Shown here: piece by piece, positions 1 through 9,908 of the stretch
Numbering within the stretch: position 1 is the stretch's first letter
How the letters are laid out: the number at the start of each line of letters is the position of its first letter
Assembly (NCBI GenBank): GCA_029932605.1
Contig: JAOZPT010000008.1
Span: 1 to 63,826, forward strand
Reading direction: 5' to 3'
From: Candidatus Zixiibacteriota bacterium
Lineage (GTDB): Bacteria; Zixibacteria; MSB-5A5; UBA10806; 4484-95
DNA: 63,826 nt
Notes under the pieces: generated by a model
Seen by the model: only the letters and a program-made list of their open reading frames with translations
The model's database searches: none
What the model was told of the DNA's origin: nothing
Program-made: the position numbers and the translations under genes

Positions 1-1431
1 TAAAGCAACTTTATAATGTTCAATTGCCTTTTCACAATGGCCGATAAAACTGTATATCTTGCCCATCGTTTGCCTCATGATGACATCCTCAGGCTTTAAA
101 ACAATTGCCTGTTCAAGAGTGGAAGCGGCTAGGTCATATTTTTCTGTTTTCAAATAACAGTAAGCCAAGTTCCTAAGAGCGTTGACATTTGGGCCACCAA
201 GCTCAATTTTCTTCTTGAAAAAAGGTATAGCCGATTTGTAATCCTTTTTATAATAACGGGCCAGTCCGGCATATTCCCATGTAACGCTGTTTGTAGAATC
301 AAGTTTTAAAGCTGTATCGAAAGATTCCACAGCTCGACTAAAAAAAGAAGCATCCTTCTCACCGATTTTTAACATTACCTTACCCTTGTCAAGCCAGTAT
401 TGGGGTTCTTCAGGAGGGCCAAGCTCCTGCTCGAATCGGGAATAGGCGCTATCGGCTTTAAAATACTCTTTTCGAAACTGGTAAATTTTAGCTAACATTT
501 TATACGATTCAGCAACATGGGCACCAAGAGATACCGCCTTTTCAAGCGCTTCACTGGCAACCTCGTAATTGAAAAGGTTAAACTCGTTTTTTCCATAAGT
601 GAACCAAGTATCACCATCTTCTGGTTTAAGCTCGGTCAGTTTTTGATAACAGAATGAGGCTTCGGAGGGTTTATTTGAGGCTTCGCATATTTTAGCCAGT
701 TCTTCCCATGCTGTAGTATCGATGGGATATTTCTTAAGATAGATTTTATATTCCTTGACCGATTCGGTGAAATTCCTGGAAAAGAAATTAGCTTTTGCAA
801 GCTTGTAATAGAGATCGGCCTGGGTAGAGTCCAGTTCCAATGATGTTCTGTACTCGCTTATTGCGATCGACCATACATCTTTTTTAAAATTGATATCGCC
901 TAAGGCTCTGTGAAAAAGGGGGTTATTTTTATCTTCTTTGATGGCTTTTCGCATTGTCAGGTCTGCTTCGACTAATGATCCAAGTTCCATCTGGGCAAGG
1001 CCGAGGCCATAATAAAAATCACCTTTACGTTTTTTAGTTTTGATTCCTCTTTCAAAATACTCCAATGCCTTTTGAGCCAGATCTAATTTCAGGGCGCAAA
1101 TGCCAGCGCCATATAAAGCATCAGGGTCTTTTGATTTTCCAATGAGGGCTTTTTCGTAATCATCGCGAGCGGATTTATAGTTTTCTTGTAAAAAAAGTAT
1201 CTTTGCTTTGGCCCGCAGTAGTTTAAAATCATCAGGTGTTACTTCAAGACATGAATCGATAAGGCCTTCGGCACCTTGTAGGTTGCCCTCTTTTATCATG
1301 TTTTCGACTTTCTTGACGATTTTATCGGTTGAACCGGCTAAAACAACGCTTGCAGAGAAAATTACCAGTAGAAATATTGAAACCTTCTTTAACACTTTGT
1401 TCCTCTTTTTCAATCGATTCTCAGAATTCAT
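1..1431 (-). CDS. TPR-repeat protein with N-terminal signal peptide; partial, C-terminal end lies beyond the window edge
   Basis: Not in the supplied ORF track because it is open at the window edge. Reverse-complement reading from ATG at 1431 gives MNSENRLKKRNKVLKKVSIFLLVIFSASVVLAGSTDKIVKK..., open in frame down to position 1. It contains many TPR-like units (e.g. FYYGLGLAQMELGSLVEADLTMRKAIKED, LYYKLAKANFFSRNFTESVKEYKIYLKKYP). Confidence 0.7.
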   Translation of the reverse strand, partial: MNSENRLKKRNKVLKKVSIFLLVIFSASVVLAGSTDKIVKKVENMIKEGNLQGAEGLIDSCLEVTPDDFKLLRAKAKILFLQENYKSARDDYEKALIGKSKDPDALYGAGICALKLDLAQKALEYFERGIKTKKRKGDFYYGLGLAQMELGSLVEADLTMRKAIKEDKNNPLFHRALGDINFKKDVWSIAISEYRTSLELDSTQADLYYKLAKANFFSRNFTESVKEYKIYLKKYPIDTTAWEELAKICEASNKPSEASFCYQKLTELKPEDGDTWFTYGKNEFNLFNYEVASEALEKAVSLGAHVAESYKMLAKIYQFRKEYFKADSAYSRFEQELGPPEEPQYWLDKGKVMLKIGEKDASFFSRAVESFDTALKLDSTNSVTWEYAGLARYYKKDYKSAIPFFKKKIELGGPNVNALRNLAYCYLKTEKYDLAASTLEQAIVLKPEDVIMRQTMGKIYSFIGHCEKAIEHYKVAL

Positions 1432-1511
1432 CAATCCTAAAATTTTAAGTTCTTATATTACTATTTAATATTATAATGTCAAGCCTTTTTTGGTTATGGA
1501 ATATTTGATTA

Positions 1512-1694
1512 TTATTGATAATCTCCTCTGATATCTTTTCTTCTTTTTCGAAAGAGCGTTATCATTCTTACTGCTCCATATAACAATATTATCCCGCCAA
1601 AGATCAATCTCTTGTTAGTGGTTATCGGAAAAAGCCAAGGAAATAATAAGCCGCTGAGAATTCCTGTTCCTATGATAATGAACAATAAAGCCAT
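1512..1694 (-). CDS. small two-TM membrane protein, hypothetical
   Basis: 60-aa ORF with two hydrophobic segments and a basic tail (RKRRKDIRGDYQ). AAGGTGG lies 13 nt upstream of the ATG. It sits at the end of the ABC operon. Confidence 0.4.
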   Translation of the reverse strand: MALLFIIIGTGILSGLLFPWLFPITTNKRLIFGGIILLYGAVRMITLFRKRRKDIRGDYQ

Positions 1695-1813
1695 ACCATA
1701 TGAAAACCACCTTAATATTTTTGGGATTAACTCTATTTAATTTTTCCTTTCCTCAAGTCTTATTTTGTTCCTCATAGTATCTTACGATACAAAACACAAA
1801 TTTTTCCCGAAAA

Positions 1814-2941
1814 TCAAACTAAATGTTTTCTTAATCTTAAAGCGGCTAATAAAGTTACTATAACCGCCCAAATTAATAATATCAGCGCTTGGTGCCATAA
1901 ATCTGTAAAACCCGCTCCTTGTAGGAATATTCCCCGAATAATCCTTAAAAAATACCTCATGGGCAGTATGTAGGTTAAATACTGGACTACATCAGGCATA
2001 TTATCGATAGGAAAAATGAAACCGGATAGAAGAACATTGGGCATCATGAGAAACTGGTTGGCCCACATTGCCTGGTCGCCGGTCTGGGAATAGGTAGAGA
2101 TTAGAAGCCCCATTGAGATAGCACAGAACATGAAAAACGCAGCGAGGAAATAAAGTAGAAATACAGAACCGGCAAAGTTGATCTTAAACCATATTAAACC
2201 AGTAACAAGCACCAGAGTAATAACCAGATATCCGGTTATACAGGCTGGTATTATCTTACCGATTACTAGCTCGATAGGTTTAATGGGGGTAACCACCAAC
2301 TGCTCGGCTGTGCCCAACTCTCGTTCTCTCACTATCGACAACGAGGTTAGGTTTAAAAGCAAAATCAATATCAACATACCCATTACCCCTGGGACCATAA
2401 AATTAACCGACTTCAGATCGGGATTAAACCAAACTCTGGGTTGTACATCAATACCATTGCTTAAGCTTAGTCCTTTGCTTTTAATGAAGTTGTTTGATAT
2501 TTGTCGTGAATAATCGGCCGTTGTAAAATTTATATAGCCACTAAGGATAGTCGCCAGGTTGGAATTAGTACCGTCGAGGACAATCCCTACGGAAGCTTGC
2601 CTGCCTTTTTTTAGGGTTTCCGAAAAACCTGCGGGGATAGTAATACCGACCACCGCCTGGCTGGCGTCAAGGCGATAATTGAAAAGTTCGGATGAGCGAG
2701 TATAATACTTATTATCGAAATAACCTGAGGCAGTAAATTTTTCAATGAACTCTCGGCTTGAAGATGTGTTATCGTAATCACATATAACCATAGGCGTTTT
2801 TTTAATATCGGTGGTGGCAACGTAACCGAAGATTAAAAGTTGTATTAATGGGGCTATCAGTAAAAGGGTGAATGCTCGCTTATCGCGCAGGGTTTGGATA
2901 AGCTCCTTTTTTATTATATGAGATAACCTAAATATCATCAA
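1814..2941 (-). CDS. ABC-2 type transporter permease (YbhR/YbhS-like)
   Basis: 375 aa with an N-terminal TM, a large extracytoplasmic loop, then five C-terminal TMs. It overlaps the upstream permease gene by 4 nt. Confidence 0.8.
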   Translation of the reverse strand: MMIFRLSHIIKKELIQTLRDKRAFTLLLIAPLIQLLIFGYVATTDIKKTPMVICDYDNTSSSREFIEKFTASGYFDNKYYTRSSELFNYRLDASQAVVGITIPAGFSETLKKGRQASVGIVLDGTNSNLATILSGYINFTTADYSRQISNNFIKSKGLSLSNGIDVQPRVWFNPDLKSVNFMVPGVMGMLILILLLNLTSLSIVRERELGTAEQLVVTPIKPIELVIGKIIPACITGYLVITLVLVTGLIWFKINFAGSVFLLYFLAAFFMFCAISMGLLISTYSQTGDQAMWANQFLMMPNVLLSGFIFPIDNMPDVVQYLTYILPMRYFLRIIRGIFLQGAGFTDLWHQALILLIWAVIVTLLAALRLRKHLV

Positions 2942-4080
2942 TCAATCCTCTTCTTAAATCTTGATATGGAAATCAGTAATAATGATATGCCGAAAACTGC
3001 TAAAAATGCAAACTGTGGCCACAAGATATCTATGCTGATACTTTTGAGGAAAATCCCCCGAAGGATGATTATAAAATATCGTGCAGGAACAGCATAAGTA
3101 ATAAACTGAACAACCGTGGGCATGCTTTCTATAGGGAAAACAAAACCGGAAAGCAATATCGACGGTAGAAGGCTGATGACCATTGTCAAAATCTGCGAGG
3201 CGCTTACTGTGCTTGTTACAGTCGATACAAAAAGACCAAAACCCAAAGTATTAATCATATATAATAATGCTCCCAGCATTAAAAGGAGTAAACTGCCTTT
3301 AATAGGTACTCCCAATAAGAAATATCCCAGGGCTACGATAATGATTACATCAACCAGAGAAATAATCATATAGGGGAAAACCTTACCCAAGACCAACTCG
3401 ATTGGCCGAATAGGTGTGGAGTTCACCATCTCAAATGTGCCCATTTCCTTTTCCCGAACTATTGATGAAGATGTTAGAAGTGAGCCCAGAATCATCATTA
3501 CTACCGCTATGATGCCAGGTGTAATGAAGTAAGTTGATTTCAACTGTGTATTATACCATACCCTTGTCTTTGTCTTAACACCCGGAACTGCCGTTGATGT
3601 TAAACCATGACCGGAGAGTTTTGCCATCAATTCAGTCCCGTATGAGGATATTATTCCTGCCTGGTATCCAAGAGCCACATTAGCAGTGTTAGCATCAGAG
3701 CCGTTGGTTATCACTTGTATATCAATATCTTTATTTAACTTCAAGCTTTTCTCAAAACCAGGTGGTATAACGAAAGCAAGTATTATATCGTTTTTGATTA
3801 AAAGTTCTTCTATTTTACTGTAATCATCAACTATTTGGATAACATTAAGATAGCCGGATGAATTAATCCTATTGATTAAGTCTCTTGAGGAAGGGCTTTT
3901 TGAATAATCCAGAACTACTACCGGAACATTATCGATATCAAACGTTATCCCGTATCCATAGAGAAGCAACATGAATACAGGGAAAAAAAGGATCAGGAAC
4001 AAAGACTGCTTATCTCGTGTGATGAGTATCGATTCTTTACAAAGGACTGCTATAAATCTCATCATTATTGACCTAATCAT
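2938..4080 (-). CDS. ABC-2 type transporter permease (YbhS/YbhR-like)
   Basis: 380 aa, a paralogous architecture to the neighbouring permease. It overlaps the ATPase gene by 8 nt. Confidence 0.8.
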   Translation of the reverse strand: MIRSIMMRFIAVLCKESILITRDKQSLFLILFFPVFMLLLYGYGITFDIDNVPVVVLDYSKSPSSRDLINRINSSGYLNVIQIVDDYSKIEELLIKNDIILAFVIPPGFEKSLKLNKDIDIQVITNGSDANTANVALGYQAGIISSYGTELMAKLSGHGLTSTAVPGVKTKTRVWYNTQLKSTYFITPGIIAVVMMILGSLLTSSSIVREKEMGTFEMVNSTPIRPIELVLGKVFPYMIISLVDVIIIVALGYFLLGVPIKGSLLLLMLGALLYMINTLGFGLFVSTVTSTVSASQILTMVISLLPSILLSGFVFPIESMPTVVQFITYAVPARYFIIILRGIFLKSISIDILWPQFAFLAVFGISLLLISISRFKKRID

Positions 4081-4984
4081 GCCTTAGAAGCGAAACAAAA
4101 ATATCCTCAAGGGATGGAGAGATCTCTTGCTTGGATATACATCCGCATCCTGAAGTATTTAAAATTTTATCGATGATCATTTCGGTGCCGGGCATTGGAG
4201 TGATATGAATTTTGGTACCGAATAATGCTACTTGGCCGATCTTATCCTCATTTGCTCTTAAGGCTTCATATCCTTTTTTCCAGTCTTCACATTCAATCTC
4301 AAATATATTTTCAGCTGTCATTTTTAGTTTCCGGGGAGAATCAATTTTTACTAGTTTACCTCCATCGATGAAAGCTACCCGGTCACAATGTTCGGCCTCA
4401 TCCATATAATGGGTTGTCACAAATACAGTTACACCGGTTTCCGAAAGTTTGTAGATGAGTTCCCAGAAATTGCGGCGGGATAGTGGATCGACTCCGGCGG
4501 TTGGCTCATCTAAAAAAAGTATTTCAGGTTTGTGCAAAAGAGAGCAGCTCAATGCCAACCTTTGCTTTAAACCTGTGGGAAGAGTCGCTGTTATATCATT
4601 CTGGCGTAAGGTTAAATCCGAAAAGATTAGGGCATTTTGAATCCTGTTCTTGCGTTCGTTTCTGGGGATCGGATATACGCCAGAATAAAAATCGAGATTC
4701 TCATAGACCGTTAAATCATCGTACAACGAAAACTTCTGTGACATATAACCGATTATTGTTTTTATTTCTCTGTTATTTGTGCCAAGAGGAAAACCACCGA
4801 CACTTCCCGAACCGCAAGTAGGGGAGATGATTCCACAAAGAATCCTTATTGTTGTGGATTTGCCTGCACCATTTGGCCCGAGAAATCCGAATATCTCCCC
4901 TTTTTCAACCTTAAATGTGATGTTATCGACAGCAATGAAATCACCAAATTTCTTAGTAATGTTTTCAACCTCAACTGATGACAT
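4073..4984 (-). CDS. ABC transporter ATP-binding protein
   Basis: Walker A GPNGAGKST, degenerate signature PTGLKQR, Walker B ILFLDEPTAGVD. Confidence 0.9.
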   Translation of the reverse strand: MSSVEVENITKKFGDFIAVDNITFKVEKGEIFGFLGPNGAGKSTTIRILCGIISPTCGSGSVGGFPLGTNNREIKTIIGYMSQKFSLYDDLTVYENLDFYSGVYPIPRNERKNRIQNALIFSDLTLRQNDITATLPTGLKQRLALSCSLLHKPEILFLDEPTAGVDPLSRRNFWELIYKLSETGVTVFVTTHYMDEAEHCDRVAFIDGGKLVKIDSPRKLKMTAENIFEIECEDWKKGYEALRANEDKIGQVALFGTKIHITPMPGTEMIIDKILNTSGCGCISKQEISPSLEDIFVSLLRHD

Positions 4985-5882
4985 CGATAAAGATATCCTC
5001 CAGATCCGGGATTATTTTTTCTAAAGAAATTATTTCTATCCCCGCTTTTTTAAGTATCTCTTTGAGCAATCGAGTATCGTTTTTGAAGTCAACCATTTTT
5101 AGATGTAATTTATCCCCGAAAAACACGACGTTTTCAGTGCCAAAATTTTTCTGTAATAAATTCTTGGTTAGGCGGTTGTTGTTGGTTATAATCTCGGCCA
5201 AGTCGTTTTTAAACTCTTTCTTAAGTCCTTCAGGTCGATCACATTTAAGAATTTTACCGTTATATAATAGTCCTACCCGACTTACTCTTTCTGCTTCATC
5301 CATATAAGGGGTGGCAATGATTATGGTGACTCCCTCAAATAATAGGTCATATAAAATTTGCCAGAACTCTCTTCGAGATATGGGATCAATGCCCGTTGTT
5401 GGTTCATCAAGAATCAACAGCTGAGGGGTATGTATCAAAGCGCAAGCTAAAGCCAGTTTCTGTTTCATTCCTCCGGATAAATAGCGGGTGCGACGATTGG
5501 TATAAGGACCAAGGCGAGAGAACTCAAGGAGGTGGTTTTTTCTGGCTCTACTTTCTCGTTGACTTATTTTATACAAACGGCAATAAAAATCTATGTTTTC
5601 CATTACCGTTAAATCGGGATAAAGCGAGAACTTTTGCGGAAGGTAACCTATTTGATGCTTTGCTGCTTCAATGTTAGTTGTAATATCTTGGCCAAGTATC
5701 TCAACTGTGCCAGACGTTGCTTTCATTACTCCAGCTAATATTCTCAGCAAAGTGGTCTTACCGGCACCATCAGGCCCTAGAAGCCCGAATACCTCACTTC
5801 GTTTAATATGAAAACTTACGTCATCAAGGGCTTTGACCTTATCAAAATCTTTGTGAAGCTCTTTTACGTTAACCACCAACAT
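4971..5882 (-). CDS. ABC transporter ATP-binding protein
   Basis: Walker A GPDGAGKTT, signature LSGGMKQK, Walker B LLILDEPTTGID. Confidence 0.9.
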   Translation of the reverse strand: MLVVNVKELHKDFDKVKALDDVSFHIKRSEVFGLLGPDGAGKTTLLRILAGVMKATSGTVEILGQDITTNIEAAKHQIGYLPQKFSLYPDLTVMENIDFYCRLYKISQRESRARKNHLLEFSRLGPYTNRRTRYLSGGMKQKLALACALIHTPQLLILDEPTTGIDPISRREFWQILYDLLFEGVTIIIATPYMDEAERVSRVGLLYNGKILKCDRPEGLKKEFKNDLAEIITNNNRLTKNLLQKNFGTENVVFFGDKLHLKMVDFKNDTRLLKEILKKAGIEIISLEKIIPDLEDIFIDVIS

Positions 5883-5956
5883 CGATTTTTATAACAAAGT
5901 GATTTATCTTTTTTAAATGCCTTGCCCAGATATGGATTTCATAAATAGACCATAAA

Positions 5957-6838
5957 TTATCTTAAGGATATTATTACATCACAGGGTAATCCTGGTTTTA
6001 ATATGCCACCATGGCTTGAGGAGGAAATTTTAATTGCAAAAACTTGCTTAACCCTTTCCTCTTTCGTCTGAATATTTTTTGGAGTGAATTCAGCCTTGTC
6101 AGAAATGTATTTAATCTTTCCGGGTAATGATTTCTGCGGGTAAGAATCGACTTGTATGGCGACTTCCTGGCCAAGCTTAACCTTACCGAGATATATTTCG
6201 GGAAGGTATATTTTAACAGTCAAATTCTCAAGGTTGGCTATTGTTATAACCGGCGCTCCTGCCGTGATGACCTCGCCAGGTTCATGCATTCGGTTAATCA
6301 CCTTACCACTTATAAATGATTTTAAAACCGCATAGCCCAGCCTTATTTCCGCCAGTTCGTATGTGGCTTTAGCAGCCTCAAGGTTTTTCCTGGCGGATTC
6401 AAGTTGGGCTTTGACCTGTCGTTTCTGGTCGGCTAAATCATCATATTGGGACTGGCTCGAGCCGCCGGTTGGTAGAAGCTGTTTGATTTTGGAGAGGTTA
6501 CGCTGGATTGTTTCAAGCTGGACCTCAAGTTGAGTGATGGATGCTTTGAAGGCTTCGTAACTTTTATGGGCTTGACCCACAATGGCAGAGAGTTCGGTCG
6601 TATCCAGAACTGCCACCACGACATTTGAGTCAATTAAGTCGCCCTCATCATAAAATATTTCTGTTATTTGTCCTGAAATCCTAAAAGAGAGGTCATATTC
6701 GACAGCCTCTATAACGCCTGATAATATTAACTTGTCTGATTCTACTCTGCGGGAAAAGCCAAGATATATGACCAGTGCGGATACCAATACCATAAATAAG
6801 ATTCCGAAAACAATTACTCGTTTCAACTCGGCCTCCAA
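5957..6838 (-). CDS. HlyD-family membrane fusion protein (YbhG-like)
   Basis: N-terminal TM (VIVFGILFMVLVSALVIYL), a central coiled-coil, and C-terminal beta-rich segments. It is the first gene of the ABC-2 operon. The true start may be the TTG at 6826, which lies 5 nt after a GGAGG. Confidence 0.8.
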   Translation of the reverse strand: MEAELKRVIVFGILFMVLVSALVIYLGFSRRVESDKLILSGVIEAVEYDLSFRISGQITEIFYDEGDLIDSNVVVAVLDTTELSAIVGQAHKSYEAFKASITQLEVQLETIQRNLSKIKQLLPTGGSSQSQYDDLADQKRQVKAQLESARKNLEAAKATYELAEIRLGYAVLKSFISGKVINRMHEPGEVITAGAPVITIANLENLTVKIYLPEIYLGKVKLGQEVAIQVDSYPQKSLPGKIKYISDKAEFTPKNIQTKEERVKQVFAIKISSSSHGGILKPGLPCDVIISLR

Positions 6839-7042
6839 TCGTTACATATATTCAATAAAATTCCCTAATATCCTATCATTAAATATTAGTCAAGCAAAAA
6901 TATCGAGATTTGGAAATATCCTCCATGTTTTTAAGGTTAACAAATGCAATATGGTGGTTACTGAAATATTCGTGTATTGCTTTTGTTTTGTACAAGTTCC
7001 GGTGCACCAGTATGGAATAAAATTGTTTTTGATATAAAAAAA

Positions 7043-7071
7043 TTGACAACAGTATCTTCTGAATATAGAAT
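7043..7071 (+). promoter_or_regulatory. sigma70-type promoter TTGACA-N17-TAGAAT
   Basis: TTGACA 7043-7048, a 17-nt spacer, TAGAAT 7066-7071. The A of the ATG at 7078 is 7 nt downstream of the -10 element. Confidence 0.45.
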
Positions 7072-7077
7072 AAAAAC

Positions 7078-7857
7078 ATGAAGCTATTTTCGGTTATTTA
7101 CCTTGTAGTGGTTATGATGATGGCATGTTCTTCGCATAACGAAAAGACAGAACAATCCGAAAAGCACCCCGACAGGCTGAAGATGAAATTTAGGGACATC
7201 ACAGAGATTGCCCGCCTGCGAAGGTTGACCGATCTAAAAAAAGATATGAATCCTTTCTTCTCTGCTGATGGAGATAGGATATATTTTACCCGCCTTTTAA
7301 TCCCTACTCCGGCTGATACCGAAGGTGTTCTCTCTGAGGCCAGAGAACGGTATTTTTCAATCGATTATAAAAACGATATACTGTATTTACTGGAAGGTGT
7401 ACCTGATAATCCTCAACCTGATATAATACAGGCCAAGGCATTACCTGAAATGGCTACAGAAAAACCATTGTTTGGATACCAAACCTCAGAGGCAATCTAT
7501 TTCTGTGCTCGCAACAGGGCCAGAAATTATTTTACCAACATTTACAAGCTTGTAAACGACTCCCTTATTCAAATTACCTATGGACACAAACCGGCTTTAT
7601 TAAAAGCGATATCTCCCGACCAGCGGTACCTTGTTTTTCTCTATGGGGAAAGATCTTCACAAATCGTAGTCTTAGATTTGCGCACTGATGAGTTTTATGC
7701 AGTTCCAAAAAGCGAAATTGAATCCGATAGATTTGATTTCTCACCAAGTTTCTCTCCCGATAGCAGATACTTTGTCTTTTTACGCTCTGGTGAATTGTAT
7801 CGAAAAGGATTAACACCGTTTGGAAATATCTGGCTTGTAGAGTTTAAGGATGAGTAA
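7078..7857 (+). CDS. lipoprotein with PD40/TolB-like beta-propeller repeats, hypothetical
   Basis: Lipobox MMMAC|SS. Repeats resemble PD40 signatures (FSADGDRIYFTR, ISPDQRYLVFLYG, FSPDSRYFVFLRSG). Confidence 0.5.
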   Translation: MKLFSVIYLVVVMMMACSSHNEKTEQSEKHPDRLKMKFRDITEIARLRRLTDLKKDMNPFFSADGDRIYFTRLLIPTPADTEGVLSEARERYFSIDYKNDILYLLEGVPDNPQPDIIQAKALPEMATEKPLFGYQTSEAIYFCARNRARNYFTNIYKLVNDSLIQITYGHKPALLKAISPDQRYLVFLYGERSSQIVVLDLRTDEFYAVPKSEIESDRFDFSPSFSPDSRYFVFLRSGELYRKGLTPFGNIWLVEFKDE

Positions 7858-8015
7858 TAAATACATAATATATTTCTGGTGAAAATCCTTATGTGTATGA
7901 GCAAAGCGAACCACCCGTGAAAAAAATTTGTGAACAAATATCTTAAGTTGGGTTGTTATGAATGCAGGTCAGGGTTTTTACAGTTTTTATTTTATAATTA
8001 CAAGGTTCCCACCTG

Positions 8016-8060
8016 AGCGGGAATAAGGGCTATAAGGGTCTTTTCCCGCTTTCTTTTCTC
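8016..8060 (+). terminator. hairpin plus T-rich tract downstream of the lipoprotein gene
   Basis: AGCGGGAA (8016-8023) pairs with TTCCCGCT (8043-8050). The 19-nt loop carries a TAAGGG duplication. TTCTTTTCTCTT follows. Confidence 0.35.
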
Positions 8061-8097
8061 TTGATTTTATGTAAATATTAAATATTATAATCGTAGT

Positions 8098-8175
8098 CGG
8101 GGCGTAGCGCAGTCTGGTTAGCGCACTTGCTTGGGGTGCAAGAGGTCGGCCGTTCAAATCGGCTCGCCCCGACCA
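8098..8175 (+). tRNA. tRNA-Pro (anticodon GGG)
   Basis: Cloverleaf read by eye: acceptor CGGGGCG/CGCCCCG, D stem GCGC/GCGC, anticodon stem CTTGC/GCAAG with loop TTGGGGT, T stem GGCCG/CGGCT with loop TTCAAAT, discriminator A and an encoded CCA. Confidence 0.9.
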
Positions 8176-8258
8176 TTAATATTGTGATTTTAAATATCGA
8201 TCCCGGTGTGGTTTTAGACCTGATTTAGAAAGCTGTTATAAATAAAAGAGGATGCATC

Positions 8259-9065
8259 ATGTCCAAGGTATATATCCAACCTGTGCAAGAGGACACTTTT
8301 GACAAATTTTTATCTTATGCCAAAGAGAATGATTTTAACATGGAGATTGCCTTATTTGCCTATAGCGATGTATTGGATTCAAACTGGAATGACATATTAA
8401 AAAATATCGAGGACAAACTTCAGGGTTTTAAGGGTGAAATTTCTCTTCACGGAGCGTTCATGGAACTTGTTGTTCATAGCAGGGATAAGAAAATCAGGGA
8501 GGTTGCTAAAAGCAGGATTTATCAGAACCTTGAAATAGCTGAAACGCTAAATGCAAAATATATTGTCTTTCATGGTAACTATAATCCTCTTATAAGACAG
8601 AAATCTTATATAGAAAACTGGGTTGAGCGAAATACGTCATTCTGGTCGGATGCGCTTGATAAGTTTGATATAGTGGTTGTGCTGGAAAATTTGTGGGAAC
8701 CAACACCAGCGATATTCAGAGAGTTACTGGATAACGTTAATCATAATCGCCTTAAGGTGTGTTTTGATACCGGTCACGTAAATCTTTTCTCTAAATCTCC
8801 CTTTGAGGAGTGGTTCAATGTATTGGGGGATGATATCGTTTATATGCATATTAACGATAATAAAGGGGATTTTGATAGCGAGCTTGTTCCGGGAGAGGGT
8901 TCGATAGATTGGAAAAGTATTTCAGAACTAATTGAAAAATACAAGATTGCTCCTGAAATAATTTTTGAAGTCGGGACACTGGAAAAAGTTGGCAAATCGA
9001 TAAGATATTTTAAGAGAAATAAAATTTATCCGTTTAATGGATACGGGAAAAAAATAGGGCAATAG
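8259..9065 (+). CDS. sugar phosphate isomerase/epimerase (xylose isomerase-like TIM barrel)
   Basis: Family-typical segments: YIVFHGNYN, VVLENLWEP, CFDTGHVNLF, HINDNKG...LVPGEGSIDW. Confidence 0.75.
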   Translation: MSKVYIQPVQEDTFDKFLSYAKENDFNMEIALFAYSDVLDSNWNDILKNIEDKLQGFKGEISLHGAFMELVVHSRDKKIREVAKSRIYQNLEIAETLNAKYIVFHGNYNPLIRQKSYIENWVERNTSFWSDALDKFDIVVVLENLWEPTPAIFRELLDNVNHNRLKVCFDTGHVNLFSKSPFEEWFNVLGDDIVYMHINDNKGDFDSELVPGEGSIDWKSISELIEKYKIAPEIIFEVGTLEKVGKSIRYFKRNKIYPFNGYGKKIGQ

Positions 9066-9157
9066 TTCATTTAATGTGATAAGATGCCATTATCAATATA
9101 TTTTCAAATTAACCGTTTACGTTTTCTTATGATTAGCTGAAATTTAATAATCGCTGA

Positions 9158-9664
9158 ATGAAGGGAAAAGTTGTTATTATGGATGTTTTCAAAAACAAGG
9201 TTGTCGTTATTGCCATCAGAATTATCGTTGTCATATTTCTTGGCTTATTTATACTTAATATTTCTTCATTAGTAATGATGTTTTCTCTTGTCTCACCGGA
9301 CTTATTGAAATCAAAACCTTGGTTAGGCGGGTTTTCTACTCATACGACAATGCTGGTTCTTTCTGTCCTTATAATGCTGGCATTAAGTAAAGGTAAAATT
9401 GCCACTTACGGTTTCAAGTTGGCGAGGAATATCCAGTTAAAACGGATTGTACTGTTGAGCCTGGTTATTGGAATTATTGGAACCTTAATACAATCTTGCA
9501 TTCCAAGGGAAGAGACCGCATTCTCTTTTTTAGGGGACTATTCCTTTATCCAGATAATGATTTTTGTTTGGATTTATGCAAGTATCTGTGAGGAGGTATT
9601 AACCCGGGGGTTAATCCAGGGCTGTCTTGAACCATTAACAAAATTTGGTTTTTTCAGTATTTAA
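9158..9664 (+). CDS. CPBP (CAAX) intramembrane protease, N-terminal part of a frameshifted gene
   Basis: Multi-TM protein with CPBP motif 1 (EEVLTRGL). The frame ends just after a T6 run at 9649-9654. Confidence 0.6.
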   Translation: MKGKVVIMDVFKNKVVVIAIRIIVVIFLGLFILNISSLVMMFSLVSPDLLKSKPWLGGFSTHTTMLVLSVLIMLALSKGKIATYGFKLARNIQLKRIVLLSLVIGIIGTLIQSCIPREETAFSFLGDYSFIQIMIFVWIYASICEEVLTRGLIQGCLEPLTKFGFFSI

Positions 9665-9908
9665 ATTGCATATCAGTCTTCCCATGTTGATAAGCGCTTT
9701 ATTTTTTGCATTTATGCATATCATGTCATTGACGACAGGAATGGGTAATGCCACGGTGTTTATCATTGTATTATTTGCATTTATACTTGGGATTATCGCC
9801 GGTTATTATCGTCAGAAAACAGAAAGCTTGATCCCGGCCATAATTGTCCACATGTTTTTTAATATAGGTGGAACATGTGCAGGTTTGTTGACTGGATTGC
9901 CTGTATAA
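9645..9908 (+). CDS. CPBP (CAAX) intramembrane protease, C-terminal part of a frameshifted gene
   Basis: Carries CPBP motif 2 (FFAFMHI) and motif 3 (HMFFN). It continues the upstream ORF if one T is removed from the T6 run. Confidence 0.6.
   Translation: MVFSVFKLHISLPMLISALFFAFMHIMSLTTGMGNATVFIIVLFAFILGIIAGYYRQKTESLIPAIIVHMFFNIGGTCAGLLTGLPV

Noticed and set aside
1208-1468. 86-aa + strand ORF from the track.
   Set aside because: It lies antisense to the TPR gene (1-1431, minus strand), whose translation is clearly repeat-structured and has a signal peptide.
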